Source: an uncultured Ignavibacteria bacterium
GTDB lineage: Bacteria; Bacteroidota; Ignavibacteria; Kapaibacteriales; Kapaibacteriaceae
Direction: 5' to 3'
NCBI GenBank assembly: GCA_903939735.1
Contig: CAJAIA010000028.1
Coordinates: forward strand, 48,978 to 112,977
Length of the DNA stretch: 64,000 nt
Positions 50,264 through 57,970 of the stretch are shown piece by piece. A program made the position numbers and the translations under genes. The notes under the pieces are model-generated. The model ran no database searches and was not told where the DNA came from. It saw nothing but the letters and a program-made list of their open reading frames with translations. Positions within the stretch are counted from its first letter, which is position 1. Each line of letters begins with the position of its first letter.

Positions 50264-51130
50264 TTACGGTACAGGGATAAACATGTAAGAGATTCGCTCG
50301 CTGGTCAGGAACGGACCAGTGGATGTCACCGTGTACGTTGTACCAGTGAAACCAGTAATCGAGAGAATATTCCCACTTGGTGATCCGCTGATGTCATACG
50401 ATGTAATCACGATCACATCATTTGCATCTGGAGTAGCCGTGAGTGTGATTGTAGCTGTGAAACCAGCATCGGTAGGATCGACGACACCACGCTCAAATCC
50501 AGCGAGTGGATTCGTTGTCCACGTTGCCGCACCTGCAGCTGTCGACACCAGCAGTTGTCCGGCAGCACTCGGCTCATTGGTAGCAGCTGGGAAGTAGAAC
50601 GTACCACCCCCGGCGATGGCCGAGATGTTGTATGTGTGATTGGCAGCAATCGTCTCAGGAGCGATTGCGAGTGTCTGTGTCCCATTGGTGAAGATCATTT
50701 CCGCTGTCTCACCAGTCTGTCCCATCGTAAGCGTATTCGTTGCATCATCCCATTGGAAGCCAATCTCACCTGTCAGTGTGTTGGCGTCGTTCCAGTATGC
50801 AATGTAGTTGTCGGCTGGTGTGGTGCCGCCGTTGTCGACCAGTTCACCATTGACTGCATACCATGAGAGGTCGGAGTTTCCTGCTGTTCCAGCATTGGTG
50901 CGCAGGAAATACTGTGTCGTGCCAGCTGGTGCTGGCCACGTGGCGTTTGCGGCAGGCCACGTTACCGAGAATGACGTCGTCGTAGCCGTTGCCAGTTGCG
51001 TCATGGTTCCGCTCGTTGAACCAAGCAGTTGCAACTGTCGCGTACGAACAGGAAGCTGAGCTTGCACATCAACAGCACAAGCAAGGATGACTACGAGTGT
51101 AGTCAGCGAAATAAGGAGACGAGTGTTCAT
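50264..51130 (-). CDS. Secreted fibre-like protein (gene B, candidate major subunit)
   Basis: SD-like GGAG before ATG 51130; signal VQA-Q; mature start QLPVRTR; shaft modules; NYIAYW...TL.G...F.WD; C-terminal small beta domain. Confidence 0.6.
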   Translation of the reverse strand: MNTRLLISLTTLVVILACAVDVQAQLPVRTRQLQLLGSTSGTMTQLATATTTSFSVTWPAANATWPAPAGTTQYFLRTNAGTAGNSDLSWYAVNGELVDNGGTTPADNYIAYWNDANTLTGEIGFQWDDATNTLTMGQTGETAEMIFTNGTQTLAIAPETIAANHTYNISAIAGGGTFYFPAATNEPSAAGQLLVSTAAGAATWTTNPLAGFERGVVDPTDAGFTATITLTATPDANDVIVITSYDISGSPSGNILSITGFTGTTYTVTSTGPFLTSERISYMFIPVP

Positions 51131-51171
51131 TATACCACTCCAAGTGAAATGAGGGAAAGAGAGATTGTTCA

Positions 51172-52014
51172 TCATGGATTCTTCACAAGCCAATTCAACG
51201 ATTCATTAGGATTCAGTCCGCCAGGGAAACTGACGGTGAAGGATGTCGCTGTGCGCGATCCTGACACAACAACTGGCGTGATCGATACGCTGATTGACGC
51301 TTCGGGTGTGATCGTGATCGAGGCATCCTGCGCCAGCGCAAAACCCGCTGGCAGGGACACGACTACAGTGAACTGGGGATCAGACGTTGCGTTGGTGTAC
51401 CGACCCGACGCAATACCAAGTTTGGCTAAGAGGTCCGAGGCATCTCGTTTTGACAACGCACCGGTAGCATCAGCCATTACGATGCCGTCGTTCGTAGCAA
51501 GTGCTGGACGTTGTGAAACGCCAGAGAGTGATTGCATTGCGATTGCGCCGGTGGTGGGTGCAATCGTCATGCGCACAACGCCATTAGTCCCGAAACGCAC
51601 CGTTGAAGTATCACGCGAACCCATGTAGGACGTCGCCTGGAGCGAGTCATTCCCACTGAGCGACCAATACAGCTTGTCGGCATTGCCACCCGGCGCTTGC
51701 GTCCACATCAGGGTTACCCACACGGGTGCCACTGGCGTGCCGATATTGTACTGATACGCACTCACGGTTGTGTTGTAGATCAACAGCGATGTGGCTGGTA
51801 ACGCAATCGCATCTCGCTGCGCGGTGCTCATGCGTGGAGCAAGCATACCCTTTTGTGTGCTCGACAGTTCAAGAAGGGCCGATGGATCTGGTGTTGCTAT
51901 CCCGATACCAACATTCCGCGATTGAGCAGACAACTCCCCCACTCCCAGATGTAATAGGAATGCAACAACACAGCAGCGAAGCAGCAGGCCGATTGAGATG
52001 TCAGCGCGTATCAC
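51172..52014 (-). CDS. Secreted tail-fibre-like protein (gene A)
   Basis: Signal LSA-Q; NVGIG..TPDPSALLELSST.KG.L.PRM...QR.AI..PA..LLIYNT; WSLSGN...YMG..D....F.TN...RM.I. These are Bacteroidota tail-fibre-like motifs. Confidence 0.7.
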   Translation of the reverse strand: MIRADISIGLLLRCCVVAFLLHLGVGELSAQSRNVGIGIATPDPSALLELSSTQKGMLAPRMSTAQRDAIALPATSLLIYNTTVSAYQYNIGTPVAPVWVTLMWTQAPGGNADKLYWSLSGNDSLQATSYMGSRDTSTVRFGTNGVVRMTIAPTTGAIAMQSLSGVSQRPALATNDGIVMADATGALSKRDASDLLAKLGIASGRYTNATSDPQFTVVVSLPAGFALAQDASITITPEASISVSITPVVVSGSRTATSFTVSFPGGLNPNESLNWLVKNP

Positions 52015-52044
52015 GGTTTCCCAGAATTCTTGTCGTATAGCACA

Positions 52045-52075
52045 ACATTTTTGTCAGTTTATGTCACAAAAATGT
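52045..52075. promoter_or_regulatory. Putative operator upstream of the fibre operon
   Basis: Perfect 10-bp inverted repeat acatttttgt-N11-acaaaaatgt overlapping TGTCA direct repeats (52052, 52062) in an AT-rich intergenic region. Confidence 0.5.
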
Positions 52076-52168
52076 AGAATTCGCCAAGGGCTAAAATACG
52101 TCGCACATCGCCATATTCGGATTCGTAGTTCGGTCTTTCTCGTTGCAATTCAATGAGTTGCGGTTGCG

Positions 52169-52176
52169 TACTTTTG
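52169..52176 (+). promoter_or_regulatory. -7 promoter element TACTTTTG (pth)
   Basis: TAnnTTTG match; implies pth starts at GTG 52198 or 52207. Confidence 0.55.
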
Positions 52177-52197
52177 TCGCAACACAACAGCGCAGGG

Positions 52198-52779
52198 GTG
52201 AATTACGTGGCACGTGCGGGGTACATCGTCGTTGGTCTTGGCAACCCGGGCTCGGAGTATGCAGCAACGCGACACAACATCGGGTTCATGGTCATTGATG
52301 CCTTCGTCGCTGCACATAAGGGCGTATGGAAGCATGGAAAGCTTGCCGACACATGCGAGATTACGCTCTCAGCCACCCGGGTGCTTGCTGTTAAGCCCCT
52401 TACATACATGAACTTATCTGGCAAAGCCGCTGCACACGTTGCACATGAACTCTCAGTGCCCGCCTCGCGCGTCATTGCGATCACGGATGAGTATAACTTC
52501 CCTACGGGTCGCATTCACCTCAAGCGTGGAGGGAGCGACGGCGGACATAACGGTATCTCCTCGATGATCGAAGAACTGCGTACACCTGAGTTCTGGAGGA
52601 TGCGGTGCGGCATTGATCGCAAGTTCGGGCCAGGTCAACTCGTCGAGTATGTGCTGGCCCCCTTCCCTGAGGAAGAGCGTGAAGCGGTAGAGCTCATGAT
52701 TCGATCTGCGGTAGTTGGACTCGACGAATGTATTCGGAGCGGACCCGAGATCGCGATGAATCGGATCAATCGCGCTTGA
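52198..52779 (+). CDS. pth: Peptidyl-tRNA hydrolase
   Basis: IVVGLGNPG.EY..TRHNIGF, KPLTYMNLSG, GGSDGGHNG. Confidence 0.96.
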   Translation: MNYVARAGYIVVGLGNPGSEYAATRHNIGFMVIDAFVAAHKGVWKHGKLADTCEITLSATRVLAVKPLTYMNLSGKAAAHVAHELSVPASRVIAITDEYNFPTGRIHLKRGGSDGGHNGISSMIEELRTPEFWRMRCGIDRKFGPGQLVEYVLAPFPEEEREAVELMIRSAVVGLDECIRSGPEIAMNRINRA

Positions 52780-54004
52780 TAACTATCAGTGTCTTGTCAT
52801 CGGAATAATGTGCGCCTGCAGAGTACTTCTGCACATCGTCGATGATCGCAAGAGCAATATCCTGCGACGTCAATGAAGCGTTGAGGCGAACAACATCGCA
52901 CAACCGCTCTTCACCGTAGAGCGTGCCGGATCGATCCTGCGCTTCGGTGATACCATCGGTAAACATCACAAGGATGTCCCCGTGCGCCATGTTGATATTC
53001 TCAACACGGAACTGCTGTTCTGCGATAATCCCAAGAATGCCCCCGGTTGGATGCAGCTCTTCAAAGGTTCCTAGGGCAGCGCGAAAATGGAGCGGCGGAC
53101 AGTGGCCTGCATTCGCATAGAGAACGAGTCCGTTTTCCGAGTGTGTGAATTCGCAATAGAACAAGGACACAAATCGCTCGTGCGGGAACGTGTCGTACAT
53201 CAGCGTATTCAACCGCGAAATCAGTGACGACATCTTCGTTTCAAAGCTCACCGCCATGCGCATTGCACCGCTCACGAACAGTGCTTGAACGGCAGCGGGG
53301 AGCCCCTTACTCGCCGCATCGCTAATCACCACACCAAGTCGGTCGTGATCAGACGTCGTGAGGTAATCAAAGTAATCACCACCGACGACACTCTCCGGCA
53401 ACGAGAGTCCGTAAAGATCGAAGTCGCGGAAGCGGCGCGAGTGATCGGGCACAAGGCCTTGCTGGATCTGCCAGGCTTGATCGAGATCCTTCTGCATGCG
53501 GCGCTCGCGTAGAGCCGACTGCATATTGCGAAGAGACGTTGTCGCGGCTGCACCAGCGACCATCAACGTTTCGCGAAGCTCATCGGTGATCGTGTGCGCA
53601 GTAAAGGCAATCGCATAGCGATACACACGAATACCATCAACGGTGAGCACATCGCCAACACCCGTCAACGCATATTCTCGCGCACTATCCGGGAGTGTTT
53701 CCGTGGTCTCCACTTCCGTGTACGTATGCAGCGTCGAGAGTTGTGCGAATGGTGATTGTGCTTCATGGATATTCCGCACAGTGCCGATCGTCAGCGAACT
53801 TCCTTCACCGTACTTGTATTGCAGCACATAGGACGACGTTTGCTCGTCAAACTCCCATACGCGTCCACCCGTCATCACGAATCGATCATTATCGACGATG
53901 TCACGCACGAGCGCCGAAAGGAGATCAAGCTGACTCTCATATGTGAGCGACAGAATGCGATCGATGATCTTGTAGGTTGTGCGTTGTGTGCGTCCGGTGC
54001 TCAT
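52766..54004 (-). CDS. PP2C/SpoIIE (RsbU-like) phosphatase with N-terminal GAF-like domain
   Basis: VGGDYFDY, ISDAASKG, YANAGH.PP, FTDGITEA, DDKTLIV. Confidence 0.9.
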   Translation of the reverse strand: MSTGRTQRTTYKIIDRILSLTYESQLDLLSALVRDIVDNDRFVMTGGRVWEFDEQTSSYVLQYKYGEGSSLTIGTVRNIHEAQSPFAQLSTLHTYTEVETTETLPDSAREYALTGVGDVLTVDGIRVYRYAIAFTAHTITDELRETLMVAGAAATTSLRNMQSALRERRMQKDLDQAWQIQQGLVPDHSRRFRDFDLYGLSLPESVVGGDYFDYLTTSDHDRLGVVISDAASKGLPAAVQALFVSGAMRMAVSFETKMSSLISRLNTLMYDTFPHERFVSLFYCEFTHSENGLVLYANAGHCPPLHFRAALGTFEELHPTGGILGIIAEQQFRVENINMAHGDILVMFTDGITEAQDRSGTLYGEERLCDVVRLNASLTSQDIALAIIDDVQKYSAGAHYSDDKTLIVIKRD

Positions 54005-54624
54005 GATAGCGCCTTGATGTATCCGTCACTCTGGACTATGCGCTGAATGGATTCAGCACGCTTCATCATTGGTACAAGCTCTTGCAGATGCTTGTGGAGA
54101 AGTTCAAGTCGCACTTGCTCGGAAGGAGCTTCGAGAAGCTCCTGCTTTTGCTCAAGTGAGAGTCCACTCTTTGTTGCCATTTCAAATGATGGACGCGGCC
54201 CGAGTTCTTCATGCACAAGCGTAGGTCCGGTAGGACCGTAGACAAGCGAGACGATTGTGTTATAGCAGGCAAGACACGCTGCCGTAAGTGCTTCGTCAAC
54301 CGGCACATCGTCGTCAAGCAACACCTCTACCTCACCAACGGCAAATGGGTGCTCATTACTCTTCAACTCGAGGAGCCGAAAGCGCTCCTTGCCTTCTACC
54401 ACAAGATCCATGCGACCATCAGGATAGCGCTGCGTAACATCAACAATACTGGCAGTGCATCCAATTGGATGCATGTGTCCATCTTCAACAAGATTGATCC
54501 CAAACTCCAAGCCCCGCTCAAGGCACTCTTGGATGAGTGCCTTATAGCGAGGCTCGAAAATATGCAGCGGAATTCTCGTGTGTGGAAACACAACGAGATT
54601 CAATGGGAACAATCCAATGGTCAC
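54001..54624 (-). CDS. Lon N-terminal (substrate-binding) domain protein
   Basis: LFPL..V.FP....PLHIFEPRY, DGR..L...G..RF, KQ.LLE....R; GTGA coupling to sod. Confidence 0.88.
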   Translation of the reverse strand: MTIGLFPLNLVVFPHTRIPLHIFEPRYKALIQECLERGLEFGINLVEDGHMHPIGCTASIVDVTQRYPDGRMDLVVEGKERFRLLELKSNEHPFAVGEVEVLLDDDVPVDEALTAACLACYNTIVSLVYGPTGPTLVHEELGPRPSFEMATKSGLSLEQKQELLEAPSEQVRLELLHKHLQELVPMMKRAESIQRIVQSDGYIKALS

Positions 54625-55247
54625 TTGGCGAACTTCAGGTAGCGTTCGTTGATGCGACCCCAATGGAGGTTATTCAAGAACGCGTCAATGTACTTTACGC
54701 GACCAGGACCATCCTTGTGATAGTATGCGTGCTCAAACACATCGCATGACACAAGTGGAATGCCGCCCCAGATAGCGCCGTAGTGGTGCTCGTCGACGAG
54801 CACATTCAACAGTCGTCCGGAGTACAGTGTGTCGAGACACAACACACCCCAACCTGAAAGCTTTGCTGCCGTGGCAGTTGCTTTGAAATCTGCCTTCCAT
54901 GCATCGAACGAACCGAATTCTTGTTCGATAGCAGCAACGACTTCCGGACCCTTAGCTGGATCTCCGTCGCCGCCGAGGACGTCCCAATACACATCGTGCA
55001 GCACAGTACCGCCGTGGTTCCACGTTTGACGACGCTTCAGCTCACCGAAATCGCTCCAGTTTCCATTTGCCGCACCCTTGTCGGCGTTTGGAAGCGCAGC
55101 TTCGATCTTGTTGAGGAATGTCACGTACCCCTTGTGATGGGTATTGTAGTGCCAATCTGTCGTCTCAGGTGAGATCACATCCTTCAGAAGATCTTTTGCT
55201 TCTTCATCACTGTAGGGACGCGGATTGAATTTCCATTCGTAGGCCAT
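54621..55247 (-). CDS. Fe/Mn superoxide dismutase
   Basis: Metal ligands HYNTHHKGY, LHDVYW, DVFEHAYY; FGSFDAWK..F. Confidence 0.92.
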   Translation of the reverse strand: MAYEWKFNPRPYSDEEAKDLLKDVISPETTDWHYNTHHKGYVTFLNKIEAALPNADKGAANGNWSDFGELKRRQTWNHGGTVLHDVYWDVLGGDGDPAKGPEVVAAIEQEFGSFDAWKADFKATATAAKLSGWGVLCLDTLYSGRLLNVLVDEHHYGAIWGGIPLVSCDVFEHAYYHKDGPGRVKYIDAFLNNLHWGRINERYLKFAK

Positions 55248-55283
55248 GATTGTCTCGCTCGTAAAAGTGAAGAATCGTCCTTG

Positions 55284-55682
55284 TTATACGCCGAAGCTGC
55301 TGCCGCAGCCGCACGTCTTTGTTGCGTTGGGATTGTTAAACGTGAACCCCTTCCCCATCAGACCGTCGCTAAAATCAAGCGTCATGCCCATGAGGTAAAA
55401 CATACTCTTCGCGTCGATGAACACACGAACACCATCAGCATCGAGCACGAGGTCGTTCTCTTTCGCTGCTGCGTCGAAACCCAGTGTATACGACATACCC
55501 GAGCATCCGCCACCCTTTACTCCGAGGCGAAGTCCGTAGTCATCGGCGATATTGTTCGTCGCCTTGATCTTCTTCACCTCAGCGACCGCCTTGGTCGTGA
55601 TGAGGATGTTATCGCTCTCGTCTGTACCGATAACACTTGTCGGAATCGATACGACATCATTTCCCAAAATTGCGACACTCAT
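55284..55682 (-). CDS. iscA: A-type Fe-S carrier (IscA/SufA/HesB)
   Basis: LRLGVKGGGCSGMSY, F.FNNPNA..TCGCGSSF. Confidence 0.93.
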   Translation of the reverse strand: MSVAILGNDVVSIPTSVIGTDESDNILITTKAVAEVKKIKATNNIADDYGLRLGVKGGGCSGMSYTLGFDAAAKENDLVLDADGVRVFIDAKSMFYLMGMTLDFSDGLMGKGFTFNNPNATKTCGCGSSFGV

Positions 55683-56113
55683 GAAACCTCCAATTGAACG
55701 TATTGACGCGGTGATGCGAGTTCGGCAAGAGACATCGACCGGAATGTTGCGTTGATGCGCTCTTGCAGAATTGCAAGTGGTGCTTTAATCGTGCAGTGTT
55801 CGTGCGCGGAGCACGAATGGTCGTCGGCATCCTGACAATCAACAAGAGCTCCCGACGCTCCTTCGATTGCATTGATGACTTGCTCGATAGACATACTCGA
55901 TGGATCATGAGCTAATGCGTAGCCACCATGAACTCCGGCGTATGATCGCACGACCCCTGCACGAACGAGTTGTTGTAGGACTTTCGCAAGGAGTGCCTGC
56001 GATATCGCATAGCGATCTGCAACGTCCTTCGCAGACACGACAGTATCCGGCCGCCGTGCCATGTCTTGCACAGCAAGGAGTCCGTACTCAACGCGTTTCG
56101 AAAGTCGTAACAT
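55679..56113 (-). CDS. Rrf2-family Fe-S-sensing regulator
   Basis: MLRLSK..EYG, KVLQQL..AG.V.S..G..GGY.L; three Cys in C-x7-C-x5-C. Confidence 0.9.
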   Translation of the reverse strand: MLRLSKRVEYGLLAVQDMARRPDTVVSAKDVADRYAISQALLAKVLQQLVRAGVVRSYAGVHGGYALAHDPSSMSIEQVINAIEGASGALVDCQDADDHSCSAHEHCTIKAPLAILQERINATFRSMSLAELASPRQYVQLEVS

Positions 56114-56142
56114 CAGCCTACTCGCTCGCGGAAAAATGCGTG

Positions 56143-57222
56143 TTATTGATCGTAGTCAGCCAGAACACCATCCGATGTTGGATGCGCCTGACACGTGAGT
56201 ACATAACCATCTGCAATCTCATCGTCCGACAACGCTTCGCGCTCGTCCATGATTGCTGTACCGGTGACAAGCTTTGCTCGGCATGTACAACATGCACCGA
56301 TTTGGCAGGCATACGGCGGATCGATGTTCGCTCGCTGAGCAGCAGAGAGAATCGTCTCATCCGGCTCAACGTCAAACTCATGCTCTTGTCCGTACAACCG
56401 TATGCGTACGCGACGTGTAACCAACTCGTTCGATGATTCGGTCGTTGCTTGTTCAGAACTCATAGATGTCGTTGACAACGTGAAATATTCGCGATGAATG
56501 CGATTGTCCGCAAGCCCCATTGCACGGAGCTCTGCGATCGCCGTATCCATCATTGGTTCGGGACCGCACACGAACGCGTCGACCGCGTCGAATGATGGAA
56601 CCCAGGCTGGAATTAACTCCGAAAATACAGAAGAGCTCAACTGTCCGTGCACAAAGCTTCGGTCGCTGGATGGCAACTCCTCAAGGACATGCACAACACG
56701 GCACCGCTCCGGATTTCCGTCGACCAGCTCCTGGATGGCTTTGTCGAAAATGATGGCCGCTTCGTTGCGATTTGCGTACATGAGTGTGATCACACTCTTC
56801 GGTTCGACGCGGAGCACGCTCTTCATGATTGAGAGTATTGGCGTTATACCGCTACCTCCAGCAATCATCAAATAGTGGCGCGCGTGATCTGGTTGGAGGT
56901 CCTTGGTGAAGTTCCCCATTGGAGGGTACACTTCGAGTTTCTGACCCGGCTGGACATGATCTTTGAGCCATGCAGATACAACTCCGGTACTCACCTTCTT
57001 GACGGCAATAGTAAGGGGCTCATCAAGATCGGGACTCGAGCATAGGGAATAGTTGCGACGATGACTCACCCCATCGATGTCGATCTTGATCGTCACGTAC
57101 TGTCCGGCCTTATACCGAAAGATCGGCGCAAGCTGTTCAGGAACAGCAAGCGAGATCGCGACGGTGTCCGACGTATCGTGCACGACGTTGTCAATTGTGA
57201 GCGTATGGAATTGAACGGACAT
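56143..57222 (-). CDS. FAD/NAD(P) ferredoxin reductase with C-terminal 2Fe-2S domain (PaaE-like)
   Basis: RNYSLCS, G.VS, AGGSGITP..S, FVCGP, C-terminal PYACQIGACCTC...LTCQ. Confidence 0.9.
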   Translation of the reverse strand: MSVQFHTLTIDNVVHDTSDTVAISLAVPEQLAPIFRYKAGQYVTIKIDIDGVSHRRNYSLCSSPDLDEPLTIAVKKVSTGVVSAWLKDHVQPGQKLEVYPPMGNFTKDLQPDHARHYLMIAGGSGITPILSIMKSVLRVEPKSVITLMYANRNEAAIIFDKAIQELVDGNPERCRVVHVLEELPSSDRSFVHGQLSSSVFSELIPAWVPSFDAVDAFVCGPEPMMDTAIAELRAMGLADNRIHREYFTLSTTSMSSEQATTESSNELVTRRVRIRLYGQEHEFDVEPDETILSAAQRANIDPPYACQIGACCTCRAKLVTGTAIMDEREALSDDEIADGYVLTCQAHPTSDGVLADYDQ

Positions 57223-57227
57223 AGGAG

Positions 57228-57545
57228 TTAGAACATGCCAATGGAAAAGAGTGCAGCTTCTGTCATCATTGATCGGTCCCACGGCGGATCGAAGGTTATA
57301 CGAACCTCAGCGTTCGTCACACCGTCCACGGCCGCTACGGTTTGTTTGACTTCGTTTGGCAACGACTGTGCCGACGGACAATTCGGCGTTGTGAGCGTCA
57401 TGACGACCTCCACAGAATTGCCCTCATGCACAATCACTTCGTAGATCAGTCCGAGCTCGTAAATGTCGATCGGGATCTCTGGATCGTAAATCGTATGTAT
57501 CGCTTCGATCACACGATCGCGGAGCGGTGGGAGCGTTTCACTCAT
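57228..57545 (-). CDS. sufT: DUF59 Fe-S assembly protein (SufT/PaaD-like)
   Basis: YDPEIPIDIYELGLIY, MTLTTPNCP, FDPPW. Confidence 0.88.
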   Translation of the reverse strand: MSETLPPLRDRVIEAIHTIYDPEIPIDIYELGLIYEVIVHEGNSVEVVMTLTTPNCPSAQSLPNEVKQTVAAVDGVTNAEVRITFDPPWDRSMMTEAALFSIGMF

Positions 57546-57970
57546 GTTGTTGCCTTCCTCATGCTATAGGCCAGCGCGTAAAGACGAAGCTGCTTGACCA
57601 TGCTTGCAAGTCCATTCGAACGATTCTGCGAAAGGTGCTGATCAAGGCCGAGCTCCGTGCGGAGGTCATCACTTGATGCAACGATTTCCTGTGGCGTACG
57701 GTCATTGTAGACCGATAGGACGAGTGCCACCAGACCTTTGACAATCACAGCATCACTATCGGCCTCGAAATGCACAATCCCGTTGTCGAACGTTGGATAC
57801 AGCCACACCCGCGATTGGCACCCCTTGACCAAAAAGGTCTCGTTGCGCTGTTCCTCTGGATACGCCACCAGCTTCTTCCCCATCGCAATAATGTGACCAT
57901 ACCGATCCTCCCAATCAGGGAAGGCCTCGAGTTGCTGTCGCAGTGCCGCTATGGTTTCTGTAATTGTCAT
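57542..57970 (-). CDS. sufE: Sulfur acceptor SufE
   Basis: WEDRY..II, VKGCQSRVW, ADSDA.IVKGL, LS..R.NG. Confidence 0.95.
   Translation of the reverse strand: MTITETIAALRQQLEAFPDWEDRYGHIIAMGKKLVAYPEEQRNETFLVKGCQSRVWLYPTFDNGIVHFEADSDAVIVKGLVALVLSVYNDRTPQEIVASSDDLRTELGLDQHLSQNRSNGLASMVKQLRLYALAYSMRKATT

Noticed and set aside
40534..52014. Prophage, tailocin or eCIS interpretation of the tail-fibre-like genes
   Set aside because: All genes carry Sec signal peptides; no integrase, terminase, capsid, sheath, tube, baseplate or lysis genes; no att-like repeats noticed.
40534..52014. Type V (Fim/Mfa) or type IV pilus operon
   Set aside because: No lipobox Cys or class III prepilin cleavage motifs; mature chains start with Gln after SPase I-type sites.
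55679..56113. Calling the Rrf2 protein IscR
   Set aside because: Lacks the IscR His ligand after the third Cys and the IscR-type N-terminus; left as a generic Rrf2.
56143..57545. Phenylacetate catabolism (paaDE) assignment
   Set aside because: No paaABC or other paa genes nearby; DUF59 is the short SufT type and sits within suf.
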